NCBI GenBank assembly: GCA_950097015.1
Contig: CATNEN010000001.1
Location: forward strand, 16,988,001 to 17,052,000
DNA: 64,000 nucleotides
Direction of reading: 5' to 3'
Source of the DNA: Macrostomum hystrix
Taxonomy: Eukaryota > Animalia > Platyhelminthes
Below the pieces are notes generated by a model. It worked only from the letters and a program-made list of their open reading frames with translations, did not search any database and was not told where the DNA came from. Made by a program: the position numbers and the translations under genes. Shown one piece after another: positions 13,411-25,817 of this stretch (its first letter is position 1; each line of letters opens with the position of its first letter).

Positions 13411-13800
13411 GGGGTGAGTGGGAGAGCGGTTATCGCTTTTACCTCTCGCACCAAGGTCCCGAAGCTCGATTCCGCGGCGAGGCCATATTCATTTGTGGCG
13501 CAGCCGCGGAGTGAAGGCTTAAGGCTTGTCATGCAATTTACAAGACACCTTCAAGGCACAGTAAAAGTGCACACTGCCTGTACACTTTCCATCTGCCCTG
13601 ACTTATGTGAAAGTCAGGGCAGATCTACACACCTGTGTTAGCGTGTGTCTGCGTACAGTATATGCGTGCGTGTGTGCTCAGGAGTCAGCGAAATTGGCTG
13701 AATTGCCTCCTCGCTGGCTGCGGGTCTAGTGTCACCAAATGATGTGCCATTGCCCGCAGCCCAACTGCAACCATTATGGTCATTATTACAAGTATTATTA
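13411..13800 (+). mobile_element. tRNA-derived SINE family A, near full-length copy
   Basis: GTGGGAGAGCGG ... GCTCGATTCCGCGGCGAGGCCA head; shared body (GGCTTGTCATGCAATTTA, GTGTGTGCTCAGGAGTCAG, CTGCGGGTCTAGTGTCACC, GATGTGCCATTGCC); ATT-rich tail. Confidence 0.8.
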
Positions 13801-13857
13801 GATTAGAAATATTCCATTTTATGTGCCACATGGAATCAAATCAAATGTAATTTTTGC

Positions 13858-14065
13858 TCAGAAGCCACCTAATAGTCGCTCCACCAAGTGAAGCGTCGAC
13901 CCACTCAAGATGCTGAAGGACGCGAGAGTTTTATCGCCTTCATATGCAGTGTCTTGCCTGCGTAGATCAGCTTCTTCTGAGCAGACGGTATGCCCGTCTT
14001 ATCTTGAATCTTGGTCTTCAGTTCGCTGACGGTTTCAGAGGCGACAACCTCGATCACAACAGTCT
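13858..14065 (-). pseudogene. Diverged ubiquitin-like gene with a frameshift
   Basis: TVVIEVVASETVSELKTKIQDKTGIPSAQKKLIYAGKTL, then 5 extra nt, then EGDKTLASFSILSGSTLHLVERLLGGF*; otherwise aligns without gaps to ubiquitin residues 12-76. Confidence 0.75.
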
Positions 14066-14229
14066 GGCAACAAAAATGATTGAAATCGACATGGCTAGCA
14101 CCATAGACCCAATTTTTGCGCTCCATTAATTGTTTCGAACTACGTCACCGTGAGTGGAGTTTCGACGGACGCTGTAGCCGTTTTGTCTACAGAAAGCAAA
14201 TTCGAGCGAGAGAGTGAAGAAGTATTGGC

Positions 14230-14735
14230 ACTGTCACTGGAGGTTATTGGCACCGACGAACAATTTGAGAAGCTACTGGCTACGGAGCCAGAGGCTTGAT
14301 GTAACCTCGACGAGCTGGAGGAACTGGCTCAGCAGCTGGAGAGAGAGAATGAGTGCAAGTCAAGCGTCTCCAAGGAAGTGGCGATCATGAAGAGGTTCAC
14401 TACCTGGTTGTCGGATAACAATCTACGCTTGGACTTCAAGGAGGCTACAGCAGAGGAGATTTCTACGCAAACCAGCGAAAACCTGATGGCACCTTTTATT
14501 CACCCAACACGATGGTTGGTATTCGAGCTGCTCTCTTTCGTTACCTTATGAAGTTACGTGGATTCAACGCCATTACTGATCCGACTTTCAACGTGGCTAA
14601 TCTAATGATTAAGCATGCCTGCAACGCCTATCTGAAAAATGGAGGTCGAATCCGGCATTATGGAGCTATCGAGTCTGACGACATAAACAAGTTGGCTGCC
14701 TACTTCAACATGTCTAGTCCATTGCATCTATATAT
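14230..14735 (+). mobile_element. Crypton-like (DUF3504 / tyrosine-recombinase family) relic, N-terminal part only
   Basis: ..IMKRFTTWL..DFKEATAEEI / FYANQRKPDGTFYSPNTMVGIRAALFRYL..DPTFNVANLM..HYGAIESDDINKL.. resembles the Crypton/KCTD1/QRICH1-type pattern FY...R..DG..Y...S...IRAAL.R.L; frameshifted and truncated. Confidence 0.6.
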
Positions 14736-14892
14736 ACTATAATTAATGTTCCGTTTCCTTAACAGTGCAAGAATCGCACATCATTCCTGCACTGATTTTC
14801 TGCTTGATTTCAATGGAGTTTTTACCATAGACAGTTGCATTCCGGCACGCGAAAGAGTGCGGGAACTATATTCCTGCACGCTGAATCCGACA

Positions 14893-15090
14893 ACACTGGT
14901 TCTCTGCTGCTGGGGGGACATTGGTTCTCTGCTGCTGGGGGGACATTGGTTCTCTGCTGCTGGGGGGACATTGGTTCTCTGCTGCTGGGGGGACATTGGT
15001 TCTCTGCTGCTGGGGTGACATTGGTTCTCTGCTGCTGGGGGGACATTGGTTCTCTGCTGCTGGGGGGACATTGGTTCTCTGCTGCTGGGG
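14893..15090. repeat. 25-bp minisatellite (TTGGTTCTCTGCTGCTGGGGGGACA)
   Basis: About 8 copies. Confidence 0.95.
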
Positions 15091-16185
15091 TGGAGTAGGT
15101 TTTGTCTGCTTAGGTTGCCAGCCAAAAGGTGATAATGTTTGGGGCCAACAGGAAGGGGAGTATTAGCTTATTGAGAGGACCAGTGTAATTTGCATTATGA
15201 ACTTAATGAGGGGATTGTATGAATCGGGAAATTCTGCTTGTGCTTAGTCCCGGAAGGGGGGCTAAAGTTGCTAGTCTATAACTATAATTAAAAGATATTG
15301 TATTAAAGTAAATATTAAGCCTAATATTTAACGATGCAGGAATTTAATCGTCTAATCTTTTCGAATTAGACTTTTGCAGTTAACTTTTGCTCTAACCATT
15401 TATATTTTTTATTTGTAGCAGTGTCCAACTATTCTCTTCATGTTAGTACTTTTAGTTGCACTTAAAGATCTATGTGCTACGCCGTACCCAGACACTGATC
15501 ATAGACAACTGCATACAGGATTTTCATCGCTTGCCCCAGCCTTAAAGAGCCCAGCTCGCTATTAACTACAAAGTCAACCTCCCTAACACATTACGGATTA
15601 GAAAGTAAACAGCAACAGAAAGCTACAAACTCTTCTAGTACTACTGACAGTAGTCGACTTACGAATATTTTAAGCGACCTGAATGTCCTCTCAATTCTCA
15701 AAGAAATATTTTTAAGTGTCAGCCGAGATGAAATATATTTTCTAACGATAGAATTTATTTGCTTAAGTTTTTTAGATGTGGTTTTAACCATTTTCTTAGC
15801 ATTTGTTTCTTCATTTTGCGTAAGTCGTAAGTTTGTAAAATGATGAATGTTCATAAAATACGTATTTCAAAACATATCGGCAACAAAATGATTGAGAAAA
15901 AAATTTTGTAACTAACGATCAATTTTTTAATTTAATCAAATGATTAAACCGGCTGTAGGCTGGTTTACTTCCCATACCATAACCATATTTAGCTAATAAT
16001 TAGAGCCAATAAACTGTATATATAGTTTACAAAAAGCAATCGAATTTACGTGAACTTTAAAATTTCGATATAAATTAATTTTTGCTCAATTCAAAGCAAT
16101 TAGATTGAATCAATAAATGCATTAATTCCTTTGGTTACCTGCAACAAAATTACAGTTTAACTTAAAACAGCAACATTAAAAAATT

Positions 16186-16258
16186 CGACCCAGGCAGGAC
16201 TCGAACCTGCAATCTTCTGATCCGAAGTCAGACGCCTTATCCATTAGGCCACTGGGCC
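16186..16258 (-). tRNA. tRNA-Arg(TCG)
   Basis: GGCCCAGTGGCCTAATGGATAAGGCGTCTGACTTCGGATCAGAAGATTGCAGGTTCGAGTCCTGCCTGGGTCG: 73-nt cloverleaf, anticodon at 16225-16223, T-run terminator just downstream. Confidence 0.97.
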
Positions 16259-17651
16259 TCATAAAGATGGAGTGTTGCATTCTATTTTAAACTTAATTTA
16301 AATGTGAAAATCCACGTCGATCGTCACGTGATGATTTCCGTTTTAACCCAGAAGGCTGATTTTTGTATTGTTTAAAAGTTTAATATTAAATATATTACAT
16401 GTACTATAGATGATTACATGAATGTAACTCATAGTTTTATAGAGAGCGAAAGTTGGTAAAACGAAGTATTATGTCTGTGCTGAACGACTAAAGGCAAAGC
16501 CTAAGCTGATCTGCTGATAGTTAAAATGTTATAGAGGACAATAAGCGTTGCTGATTTTCAAGAAGAGCTGTTAATTTTGGACACAGAAATCGAGCCTGTG
16601 ACTCCTCTCTCTCTCTCTCTTTGAACCGCTCATGCCAAGTGAGGCGGCGCTTGGCGCTACCGAGAAATAAAGGAAAGAGCTGAATTTGCTAAAAAAAACT
16701 AAACGGCCCTTTTTCGGGCCAGTACCGGATAGTGAAAATGAATAATCTGACACTATCTCGTCTAACACTCTCGTCTGGTCTGACGTCTGACACTCTTTAC
16801 GCCCGGTCAGAAATATTGGGTAATATGACAGACGTGATTATTATCTGACAGACATGGTTACTATCTTACTGACGTGGATATCATCTGACTGACATGGATA
16901 TTATGTGACAGTCATTCGCCGCTCTATACAACATGATTAAGTACAAATAGGTATTTCTTTCAAATACTTCATTGCGTAATTGCACAATTTATACATGAGC
17001 GTACATGAAAAGTGTGTATATTTTCCTCAGAAAATCCATATGGATTGTGCACTACAACATACGAGTAGACAGTTTTGCATCTCGCGTTTTTAAAGTACTC
17101 ACTTTAAGCTGAAGCATCGTGCGTGATATGAAAATTCGTTCGGTAACTAAAACCTTGTGAATTTTAAGAACACTGTTTTGTAAAAGACTGTCTGCTATTT
17201 TTTACACAAATGAAGATGACTTTTGAAACATTTAAGAAAGCGAAGTTAGGACAGCGTTTAGACATTTTAATGTGAGGGTATTAAGCAAAAAACCAATAGG
17301 TAGCCAAGCTATTTGATTTAATTGATTTCAGCAGAAAAATAATGCATCTTCGTTACACATGCGTTACTACCGAAAAAATTTACTATATTATTAATATAGA
17401 GGTGCAAAGGTGCAACAACGTCACAGTACAGTACGTTCATGTACATATGCTTCTGTACTTTATCTTTGAGGAAAAAGCGTTGTTTGAATTCTCGCAGTTT
17501 CTCGCGTGCTTATTGCACTCGACTTCAGCTGTGAAATCGCACAGGTGAACTGATGTGCTTAGATACTTGATAATTCAACTAACTACATTTGTTAGGCTTC
17601 GCTGTTTTTTTTCGAAGCCAGTTGCTTAGCAACGTCGATCGTGAACGTCTT

Positions 17652-19061
17652 TCAGTAGGATACGCGCCTCACCTGCGCATTGGTTGGCACCTGCAACAGG
17701 CAGGTCTTCACGGAGCTCTGCAGCTGCAGCTCGTGAATGTTCGGCTCGCTGCAACGCGGCGTCCTATCGTAGTCGTTCAGCATTGTAGTTAGATCCGGAG
17801 GGCCGCGCCGGCCGCAGGTGAGGAACACTTTGTGAAAGGTCTTCCGAAACTTGGTGGAGAAGCAGGAGTACAGGACAAAGTTGCAAGCCGCATTCACCAG
17901 CAGCAGGAGGTTCACAATGGCGCTCAGGATTGGTTCGTAGCGGCCGCCGGGACATTGCAGGCTCGAGTGCGGCTCGATTGCTTTTCGCAGCGTCACGAAG
18001 GCCGACGGAAGCTGGCACAGGCAGAACACGATGACCACAGCGATCAGCATGACAGTGATCTTCTGCTGCTCAGAGCTCGCCCGGAGCTTCCGATTTCCGC
18101 CATTGCTGCTCGGCGATTGCATCTTTCCGAGAGCCCTGGCGGCCTTCGCAGACGCGCCACCGAAGGCTCGACCAGCGCCGCTGCTTCCTCCGCCACCGCA
18201 GCCGCTGCTGCTTCCGCCGGCGACGCCGATACCGCTGCAGACGCTGGCCCGCGGCGTGGCTGAAGTCAGCACCGGCATCTGTGCGAACTGCTGGGACGGA
18301 CGCGGAGTAGACGAAGGCCGGCGCGGAATGAGTGCCGCGTTGAGCTCCTCTTGCTTCTTCTTGGCCCGGATGACGCTGCCGATTAAGAGGCTGTTGAACA
18401 GGGCCAAGAACACCAACGGGCCGAAGATGAACACCGTTGGGAAGAGGTGGTAGTAGCCGAATTGTTTCATCACCAGATAGGCCGGGGTCTTGTCCAGGTA
18501 GTAAGAGTAAACTAGATTGGCCTCCGCGGAAGCCGTGGCATTTCCCAGGACCTTGCTGGCCACTCGGTATTCTAGAAAGTTCGGAAATGTGAAAACCAGA
18601 GTGGCCAGGAAGATGACAACAATGGTGTGCTTGGCACGCTCCTTGGTGCAGTACTTCCTGCCGAACATCGGCTTGTAGACCACAACCCAGCGCTCGAAGG
18701 TGAAAAAGCAGGTCAGCCAGGTGGCAAAGTTGCTGAACAGATTGGCCAAGGGAAACATGGCCGCCAGCAGGTGATAGAACCAGGCCTGATGACGCACTCC
18801 GGGATAGATTTTCACCGTGATCAGGTAGAACAAAAGCAGGTAGACGACATCCGTGATGGCCAGAGCAGTTAAATAGTAATTAGTTGAGGACGCCATCCAC
18901 TTGCGCGTCAGTACAACAATGTTAACTGAATTGGCAGCGATGCCTAGGAGAGCCAGAACAGGTGTGACGCACAGCAGGAACAGGTGAACCGTCGATCGAA
19001 TGGAAGCCCGTTCGGCTAGCTCGTCCGCTGTCTCATTGGGACACAGACTAGATAGAGACAT
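17652..19061 (-). CDS. Rhodopsin-family peptide GPCR, FMRFamide-receptor-like, single coding exon
   Basis: Seven hydrophobic segments, LAITD in TM2, ERW in place of DRY, CQLP in TM6, NFVLY..FR in TM7/helix 8, long Gly/Ser-rich ICL3. Confidence 0.9.
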   Translation of the reverse strand: MSLSSLCPNETADELAERASIRSTVHLFLLCVTPVLALLGIAANSVNIVVLTRKWMASSTNYYLTALAITDVVYLLLFYLITVKIYPGVRHQAWFYHLLAAMFPLANLFSNFATWLTCFFTFERWVVVYKPMFGRKYCTKERAKHTIVVIFLATLVFTFPNFLEYRVASKVLGNATASAEANLVYSYYLDKTPAYLVMKQFGYYHLFPTVFIFGPLVFLALFNSLLIGSVIRAKKKQEELNAALIPRRPSSTPRPSQQFAQMPVLTSATPRASVCSGIGVAGGSSSGCGGGGSSGAGRAFGGASAKAARALGKMQSPSSNGGNRKLRASSEQQKITVMLIAVVIVFCLCQLPSAFVTLRKAIEPHSSLQCPGGRYEPILSAIVNLLLLVNAACNFVLYSCFSTKFRKTFHKVFLTCGRRGPPDLTTMLNDYDRTPRCSEPNIHELQLQSSVKTCLLQVPTNAQVRRVSY

Positions 19062-19402
19062 TGCTGCGAGCTGCGAAGTGGGTTTTGAAGATTGAAAGCT
19101 GAAGATTATTATTATTATAAACTGCTAATTTTCTTCTAAAAAACACGTTTAGTGTTACTATGAAAGTACAGAAAGATTATGAAAAGAGGCGAACTTAAAG
19201 CAAACAATTATTCTTCCCAATTTTCACGAGGAAAGACCACGGCGGATTTCAAATGGTATCTCACTGCCAACTTCACAATAGCTTCAAAATCGAAGACCGA
19301 TTTTCGTGACAGTCCACTACAATGATCAAAACCGTCCGACGTCAGCATCGTCGAGATGTTCAGCTATTCTTGTCGAAGACCTTGGTCACGATATTGTAAA
19401 GA

Positions 19403-20580
19403 ATGACTAATCATGAAATGGTAGGATGCTGGGCGTGTCACCGAGTGACTAATCATGAAATGGGAGGATGCTGGGCGTGTCACCGAGTGACTAATCATGA
19501 AATGGGAGGATGCTGGGTGTGTCACCGAGTGACTAATCATGAAATGGGAGGATGCTGGGCGGGTCACCGAGTGACTAATCATGAAATGGGAGGATGCTGG
19601 GCGTGTCACCGAGTGACAAATCATGAAATGGGAGGATGCTGGGCGTGTCACCGAGTGACTAATCATGAAATGGGAGGATGCTGGGCGTGTCACCGAGTGA
19701 CTAATCATGAAATGGGGGGATGCTCGGCGTGTCACCGAGTGACTAATCATGAAATGGGAGGATGCTGGGCGTGTCACCGAGTGACTAATCATGAAATGGG
19801 AGGATGCTCGGCGTGTCACCGAGTGACTAATCATGAAATGGGAGGATGCTGGGCGTGTCACCGAGTGACTAATCATGAAATGGGAGGATGCTCGGCGTGT
19901 CACCGAGTGACTAATCATGAAATGGGAGGATGCTGGGTGTGTCACCGAGTGACTAATCATGAAATGGTAGGATGCTGGGCGTGTCACCGAGTGACTAATC
20001 ATGAAATGGGAGGATGCTGGGCGTGTCACCGAGTGACTAATCATGAAATGGTAGGATGCTGGGCGTGTCACCGAGTGACAAATCATGAAATGGGAGGATG
20101 CTGGGCGTGTCACCGAGTGACTAATCATGAAATGGTAGGATGCTGGGCGTGTCACCGAGTGACTAATCATGAAATGGGAGGATGCTCGGCGTGTCACCGA
20201 GTGACTAATCATGAAATGGTAGGATGCTGGGTGTGTCACCGAGTGACTAATCATGAAATGGTAGGATGCTGGGCGTGTCACCGAGTGACTAATCATGAAA
20301 TGGTAGGATGCTGAGCGTGTCACCGAGTGACTAATCATGAAATGGTAGGATGCTGGGCGTGTCACCGAGTGACTAATCATGAAATGGGAGGATGCTGGGC
20401 GTGTCACCGAGTGACTAATCATGAAATGGTAGGATGCTGGGTGTGTCACCGAGTGACTAATCATGAAATGGGAGGATGCTGGGTGTGTCACCGAGTGACT
20501 AATCATGAAATGGTAGGATGCTGGGTGTGTCACCGAGTGACTAATCATGAAATGGGAGGATGCTGGGTGTGTCAGCGAGT
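19403..20580. repeat. 42-bp minisatellite (GTGACTAATCATGAAATGGGAGGATGCTGGGCGTGTCACCGA), ~28 copies
   Basis: Near-identical tandem units. Confidence 0.97.
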
Positions 20581-21587
20581 AACTCAGTTCGATTCCTGCT
20601 AGCTTTTGTCGTCAAACAGAAAATGTTTAAATCGGAAAGTGACTCCGATCTTCAATCTTTAACATCGATGAACTGCTCCATCATTATCTGCCTGATTGCA
20701 TTTGACGGGCACGAAATTTACGCAAATTGCAATTTGATACCAAACTCGTCTGCTTCACGACAGAATCTGCAAACTTAAAGGCGTGAGCAGAAATTTGACC
20801 TACTGTGCTCAACCGCCGTGAGTAGCTTGAGCAACAGAATAGGTGAAAGGACGGAGACCAAACCCGACACTTAGCGGATAAGATTAATGATGACAAAATC
20901 CAGTCTAAAATCGTCTTTTAGACTTGGACCTTCTCAGAGACAGACCAAATAAGACCTGTTCAAGGCAGTTATAGATTGAATGATGAAAATGACTGATTCT
21001 GGTCTTGCAGCCCACCTTGAGCAGGTGAAAGATGAGCCTGGAGACTGGCCCCGGTTAGCAAATACGCAGCCTAGCAGAACTCGCACAAAGGGAAGAAGCG
21101 GAAGTCCAGAGAAAAAAATAGGAAGTGCCTCCCCCCCAATCCTTTGGAGGCGGACAGAGAAAGGGGAACGGGTTCGCGTATGCGGAAAGCATTCTCTGTG
21201 AGACTTCGGGGACGAAGAGGCATGGCAGAGACGGCTTATTGAGCTTCTCAGACGTGACGGCCAGGCCTCCCAGTGCCGTTCGACTGAAAACCGATAGTGC
21301 AGAGTCACGAGATGAAGCAATAGGCTGAAGAATGAGCACAGAGGATATGAGCCTTCAAGGGTAAGCGCATAGGCGGCACGAGCCCAGCTTAGCGCTGCAA
21401 ACGGAAACACGAGATGGCAAATATTGAAAGCAACGAGGACACAGAGAGCCATGCAGATAATGTCACCACTATATGCACTCATTTTCCAGCACCCTTGAGG
21501 CTTGCTGCTCAGTGAATCTCGATGCCAATGAATTGTGACAGTGTGTAGGATCTTAGTGTGAGAGTACGAGTACTATCCGAATGCTGT

Positions 21588-22735
21588 GATCTCCCCTCTG
21601 TCCTATCTTCTCACCTCTGTCCTCCCTTCTCCCCTCTGTCCTATCTTCTCCCCTCTGTTCTCCCTTCTCCCCTCTGTCCTCCCTTCTCCCCTGTGTCCTC
21701 CCTTCTCCCCTCTGTCCTATCTTCTCCCCTCTGTCCTCCCTTCTCCCCTCTGTCCTATCTTCTCCCCTCTGTTCTCCCTTCTCCCCTCTGTCCTCCCTTC
21801 TCCCCTCTGTCCTCCCTTCTCCCCTGTGTCCTCCCTTCTCCCCTCTGTCCTCCCTTCTCCCCTCTGTCCTACCTTCTCCGCTGTGTCCTCCCTTCTCCCC
21901 TGTGTCCTCCCTTCTCCCCTCTGTCCTATCTTCTCCCCTCTGTCCTCCCTTCTCCCCTCTGTCCTCCCTTCTCCCCTCTGTCCTCCCTTCTCCCCTGTGT
22001 CCTCCCTTCTCCCCTCTGTCCTATCTTCTCCCCTCTGTCCTCCCTTCTCCCCTCTGTCCTATCTTCTCCCCTCTGTTCTCCCTTCTCCCCTCTGTCCTCC
22101 CTTCTCCCCTGTGTCCTCCCTTCTCCCCTGTGTCCTCCCTTCTCCCCTCTGTCCTATCTTCTCCCCTCTGTCCTCCCTTCTCCCCTCTGTCCTATCTTCT
22201 CCCCTCTGTTCTCCCTTCTCCCCTCTGTCCTCCCTTCTCCCCTCTGTCCTCCCTTCTCCCCTCTGTCCTCCCTTCTCCCCTGTGTCCTCCCTTCTCCCCT
22301 CTGTCCTATCTTCTCCCCTCTGTCCTCCCTTCTCCCCTCTGTCCTAGCTTCTCCCCTCTGTCCTCCCTTCTCCCCTCTGTCCTCCCTTCTCCCCTCTGTC
22401 CTCCCTTCTCCCCTCTGTCCTCCCTTCTCCCCTCTGTCCTATCTTCTCCCCTCTGTCCTCCCTTCTCCCCTCTGTCCTATCTTCTCCCCTCTGTCCTCCC
22501 TTCTCCCCTCTGTCCTATCTTCTCCCCTCTGTCCTCCCTTCTCCCCTCTGTCCTATCTTCTCCCCTCTGTCCTCCCTTCTCCCCTCTGTCCTCCCTTCTC
22601 CCCTCTGTCCTCCCTTCTCCCCTCTGTCCTCCCTTCTCCCCTCTGTCCTATCTTCTCCCCTCTGTCCTCCCTTCTCCCCTCTGTCCTCCCTTCTCCCCTC
22701 TGTCCTCCCTTCTCCCCTCTGTCCTCCCTTCTCAC
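21588..22735. repeat. 19-bp pyrimidine-rich satellite (CTCCCTTCTCCCCTCTGTC)
   Basis: About 60 copies; the same unit recurs at 25215-25815. Confidence 0.97.
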
Positions 22736-23599
22736 CTTTCACATTCCTTGTCACCTTTCACATTGAAATAAATTATCGAAGCATTGATTCGATTTTATTT
22801 CTGAAAGGCTTTGCTACTGAGTGAATTCCAATGCCAATGAATTGTGACAGTGTGAAGGATCTTAGTGTGAAAATATTCGCCATCCTGATTGATTAGTGAA
22901 GTAGTGATCAAATTGTGTCGCGCATGACGGCAGACAAATTACTGATCGAAGGAGGGAGACAACGAGTGCTATAATCAAACTCTGGAATCTCACTAGCTGA
23001 CCCTTAGCAGTCTTGTAGTTGGCTGACTTTTCTAGTCGGTCTCATTTCCTATTTGATTCGGCACAGTTTAACACAGAACATGCGCCAATATGTCCTCTAC
23101 CAGATAGGGATCAGGGATTCGTGTGCAGACTGGGAATTCGCTATGCACATTTGATGACGGAAAGCAGGAACCCCGAGAGAAAATCGCGTTGCGACGATGC
23201 CCGTTTCGGCCAAAGCTCGAGCGAACAGCTAATTTGCATAATGGGCTTTGTATTTTTTATCCTCTTAACCGTGTTTCACTTTCTGTTTCCCAGCATTTCT
23301 GCTGCTTTAGTTCAGAAATTTGTCGGATGACCGACAAATTATTTTTTTTGTTTATCCGAGCCTCCCAAACTCTGACTCTCATTGTGATGCGATGCGTCCT
23401 TGGAAGCCGACATCCTTCATATATATGCGACCGCTTTTTTTATGGAAAACGCTCCCCTTCTGTGGGATATTGCTGCTTAACAGAGTTAAAAGTACGTTCA
23501 GTCCATGGACCAGTCCAGGGATTCATGGAATGAGTGATTGAATGAATGACGGAATGAGTGACGGAATGAGCGATTCAGTCTGATTCAGCCCTCGAATTC

Positions 23600-24890
23600 T
23601 GCCCTCTCTCACCCTCCCATTTTCCCCTCTCTCACCCTCCCATTCTCCCCTCTCTCACCCTCCCATTGTCCCCTCTCTCACCCTCCCATTGTCCCCTCTC
23701 TCACCCTCCCATTCTCTCCTCTTTCACCCTCCCATTGTCCCCTCTCTCACCCTCCCATTCTCCCCTCTCTCACCCTCCCATTCTCCCCTCTCTCACCCTC
23801 CCATTGTCCCCTCTCTCACCCTCCCATTCTCCCCTCTCTCACCCTCCCATTGTCCCCTCTCTCACCCTCACATACTCCCCTCTCTCACCCTCACAAACTC
23901 CCCTCTCTCACCCGCAAATACTCCCCTCTCTCACCCTCACATACTCCCCTCTCTCACCCTCACATACTCCCCTCTCTCACCCTCACATACTCCCCTCTCT
24001 CACCCTCACATACTCCCCTCTCTCACCCTCACATACTCCCCTCTCTCACCCTCACATACTCCCCTCTCTCACCCTCACATACTCTCCTCTCTCACTCTCA
24101 CATACTCCCCTCTCTCACCCTCACATACTCCCCTCTCTCACCCTCACATACTCCCCTCTCTCACCCTCACATACTCCCCTCTCTCACCCTCACATACTCC
24201 CCTCTCTCACCCTCACATACTCCCCTCTCTCACCCTCACATACTCCCCTCTCTCACCCTCACATACTCTCCTCTCTCACCCTCACATACTCCCCTCTCTC
24301 ACCCTCACATACTCCCCTCTCTCACCCTCACATACTCCCCTCTCTCACCCTCACATACTCCCCTCTCTCACCCTCACATACTCTCCTCTCTCACCCTCAC
24401 ATACTCCCCTCTCTCACCCTCCTATTTTCTCCTCTCTCACCCTCACATACTCCCCTCTCTCACCCTCACATACTCTCCTCTCTCACCCTCACATACTCTC
24501 CTCTCTCACCCTCACATACTCCCCTCTCTCACCCTCACATACTCTCCTCTCTCACCCTCACATACTCTCCTCTCTCACCCTCACATACTCCCCTCTCTCA
24601 CCCTCACATACTCCCCTCTCTCACCCTCACATACTCCCCTCTCTCACCCTCACATACTCCCCTCTCTCACCCTCACATACTCCCCTCTCTCACCCTCACA
24701 AACTCCCCTCTCTCACCCTCACAAACTCCCCTCTCTCACCCTCACAAACTCTCCTCTCTCACCCTCACATACTCCCCTCTCTCACCCTCCTATTTTCTCC
24801 TCTCTCACCCTCACATACTCCCCTCTCTCACCCTCACAAACTCCCCTCTCTCACCCTCACAAACTCCCCTCTCACCCGCAAATACTCCCC
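23600..24890. repeat. 23-bp C-rich satellite (CTCCCCTCTCTCACCCTCACATA)
   Basis: About 55 copies. Confidence 0.97.
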
Positions 24891-25211
24891 AAAGGCAAAG
24901 AGAATTGCTGCATGCACCTGAAAAGATCAAGTAGTTTTCAGACCAGCATTAGATGGTGGAGAGCAGGACGGGTTAGCAACATGTGTGATTAATTAACTGG
25001 GCCTGGGCCTACCTGATTGCCTTGGTGCCGGAAATCACATTGAGTGGCCGTTTGCGGGGCAAATCCTGTTCACTATTTACAACCCATGCCTAGTTCCAAT
25101 AAACTTGCACCAGCTATCTAATGACTCTATAGATCCCCACTGCACACTGCACTCGCCAATGCCGTGTCTTAGAGTGCACCCGACGGCGTGTAATTGCAGA
25201 GCTGACTTCAC

Positions 25212-25817
25212 TCTCTCCCCCTTCTCCCCTCTGTCCTCCCTTCTCCCCTCTGTCCTCCGTTCTCCCCTCTGTCCTCCCTTCTCCCCTCTGTCCTCCGTTC
25301 TCCCCTCTGTCCTCCGTTCTCCCCTCTGTCCTCCGTTCTCCCCTCTGTCCTCCGTTCTCCCCTCTGTCCTCCCTTCTCCCCTCTGTCCTCCGTTCTCCCC
25401 TCTGTCCTCCGTTCTCCCCTCTGTCCTCCGTTCTCCCCTCTGTCCTCCGTTCTCCCCTCTGTCCTCCGTTCTCCCCTCTGTCCTCCCTTCTCCCCTCTGT
25501 CCTCCCTTCTCCCCTCTGTCCTCCGTTCTCCCCTCTGCCCTCCCTTCTCCCCTCTGTCCTCCCTTCTCCCCTCTCTCCTCCCTTCTCCCCTCTGTCCTCC
25601 GTTCTACCCTCTGTCCTCCGTTCTCCCCTCTGTCCTCCCTTCTCCCCTCTGTCCTCCCTTCTCCCCTCTGCCCTCCCTTCTCCCCTCTGCCCTCCCTTCT
25701 CCCCTCTGTCCTCCCTTCTCCCCTCTGTCCTCCCTTCTCCCCTCTGTCCTCCCTTCTCCCCTCTCTCCCCCTTCTACCCTCTGTTCTCCCTTCTCCCTTC
25801 TCCCCTCTGTTCTCCCC
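25212..25817. repeat. 19-bp pyrimidine-rich satellite, second block of the 21588 family
   Basis: CTCC(C/G)TTCTCCCCTCTGTC units. Confidence 0.95.

Noticed and set aside
19403-20602. ORF with ~28 CxxCH motifs (CWACH), resembling a multiheme cytochrome c
   Set aside because: It is the translation of a 42-bp minisatellite: no signal peptide or unique sequence, an internal stop at ~20312, and an equally open opposite strand
20934-21482. 182-aa ORF and overlapping ORFs
   Set aside because: No recognisable domain or consistent splice structure
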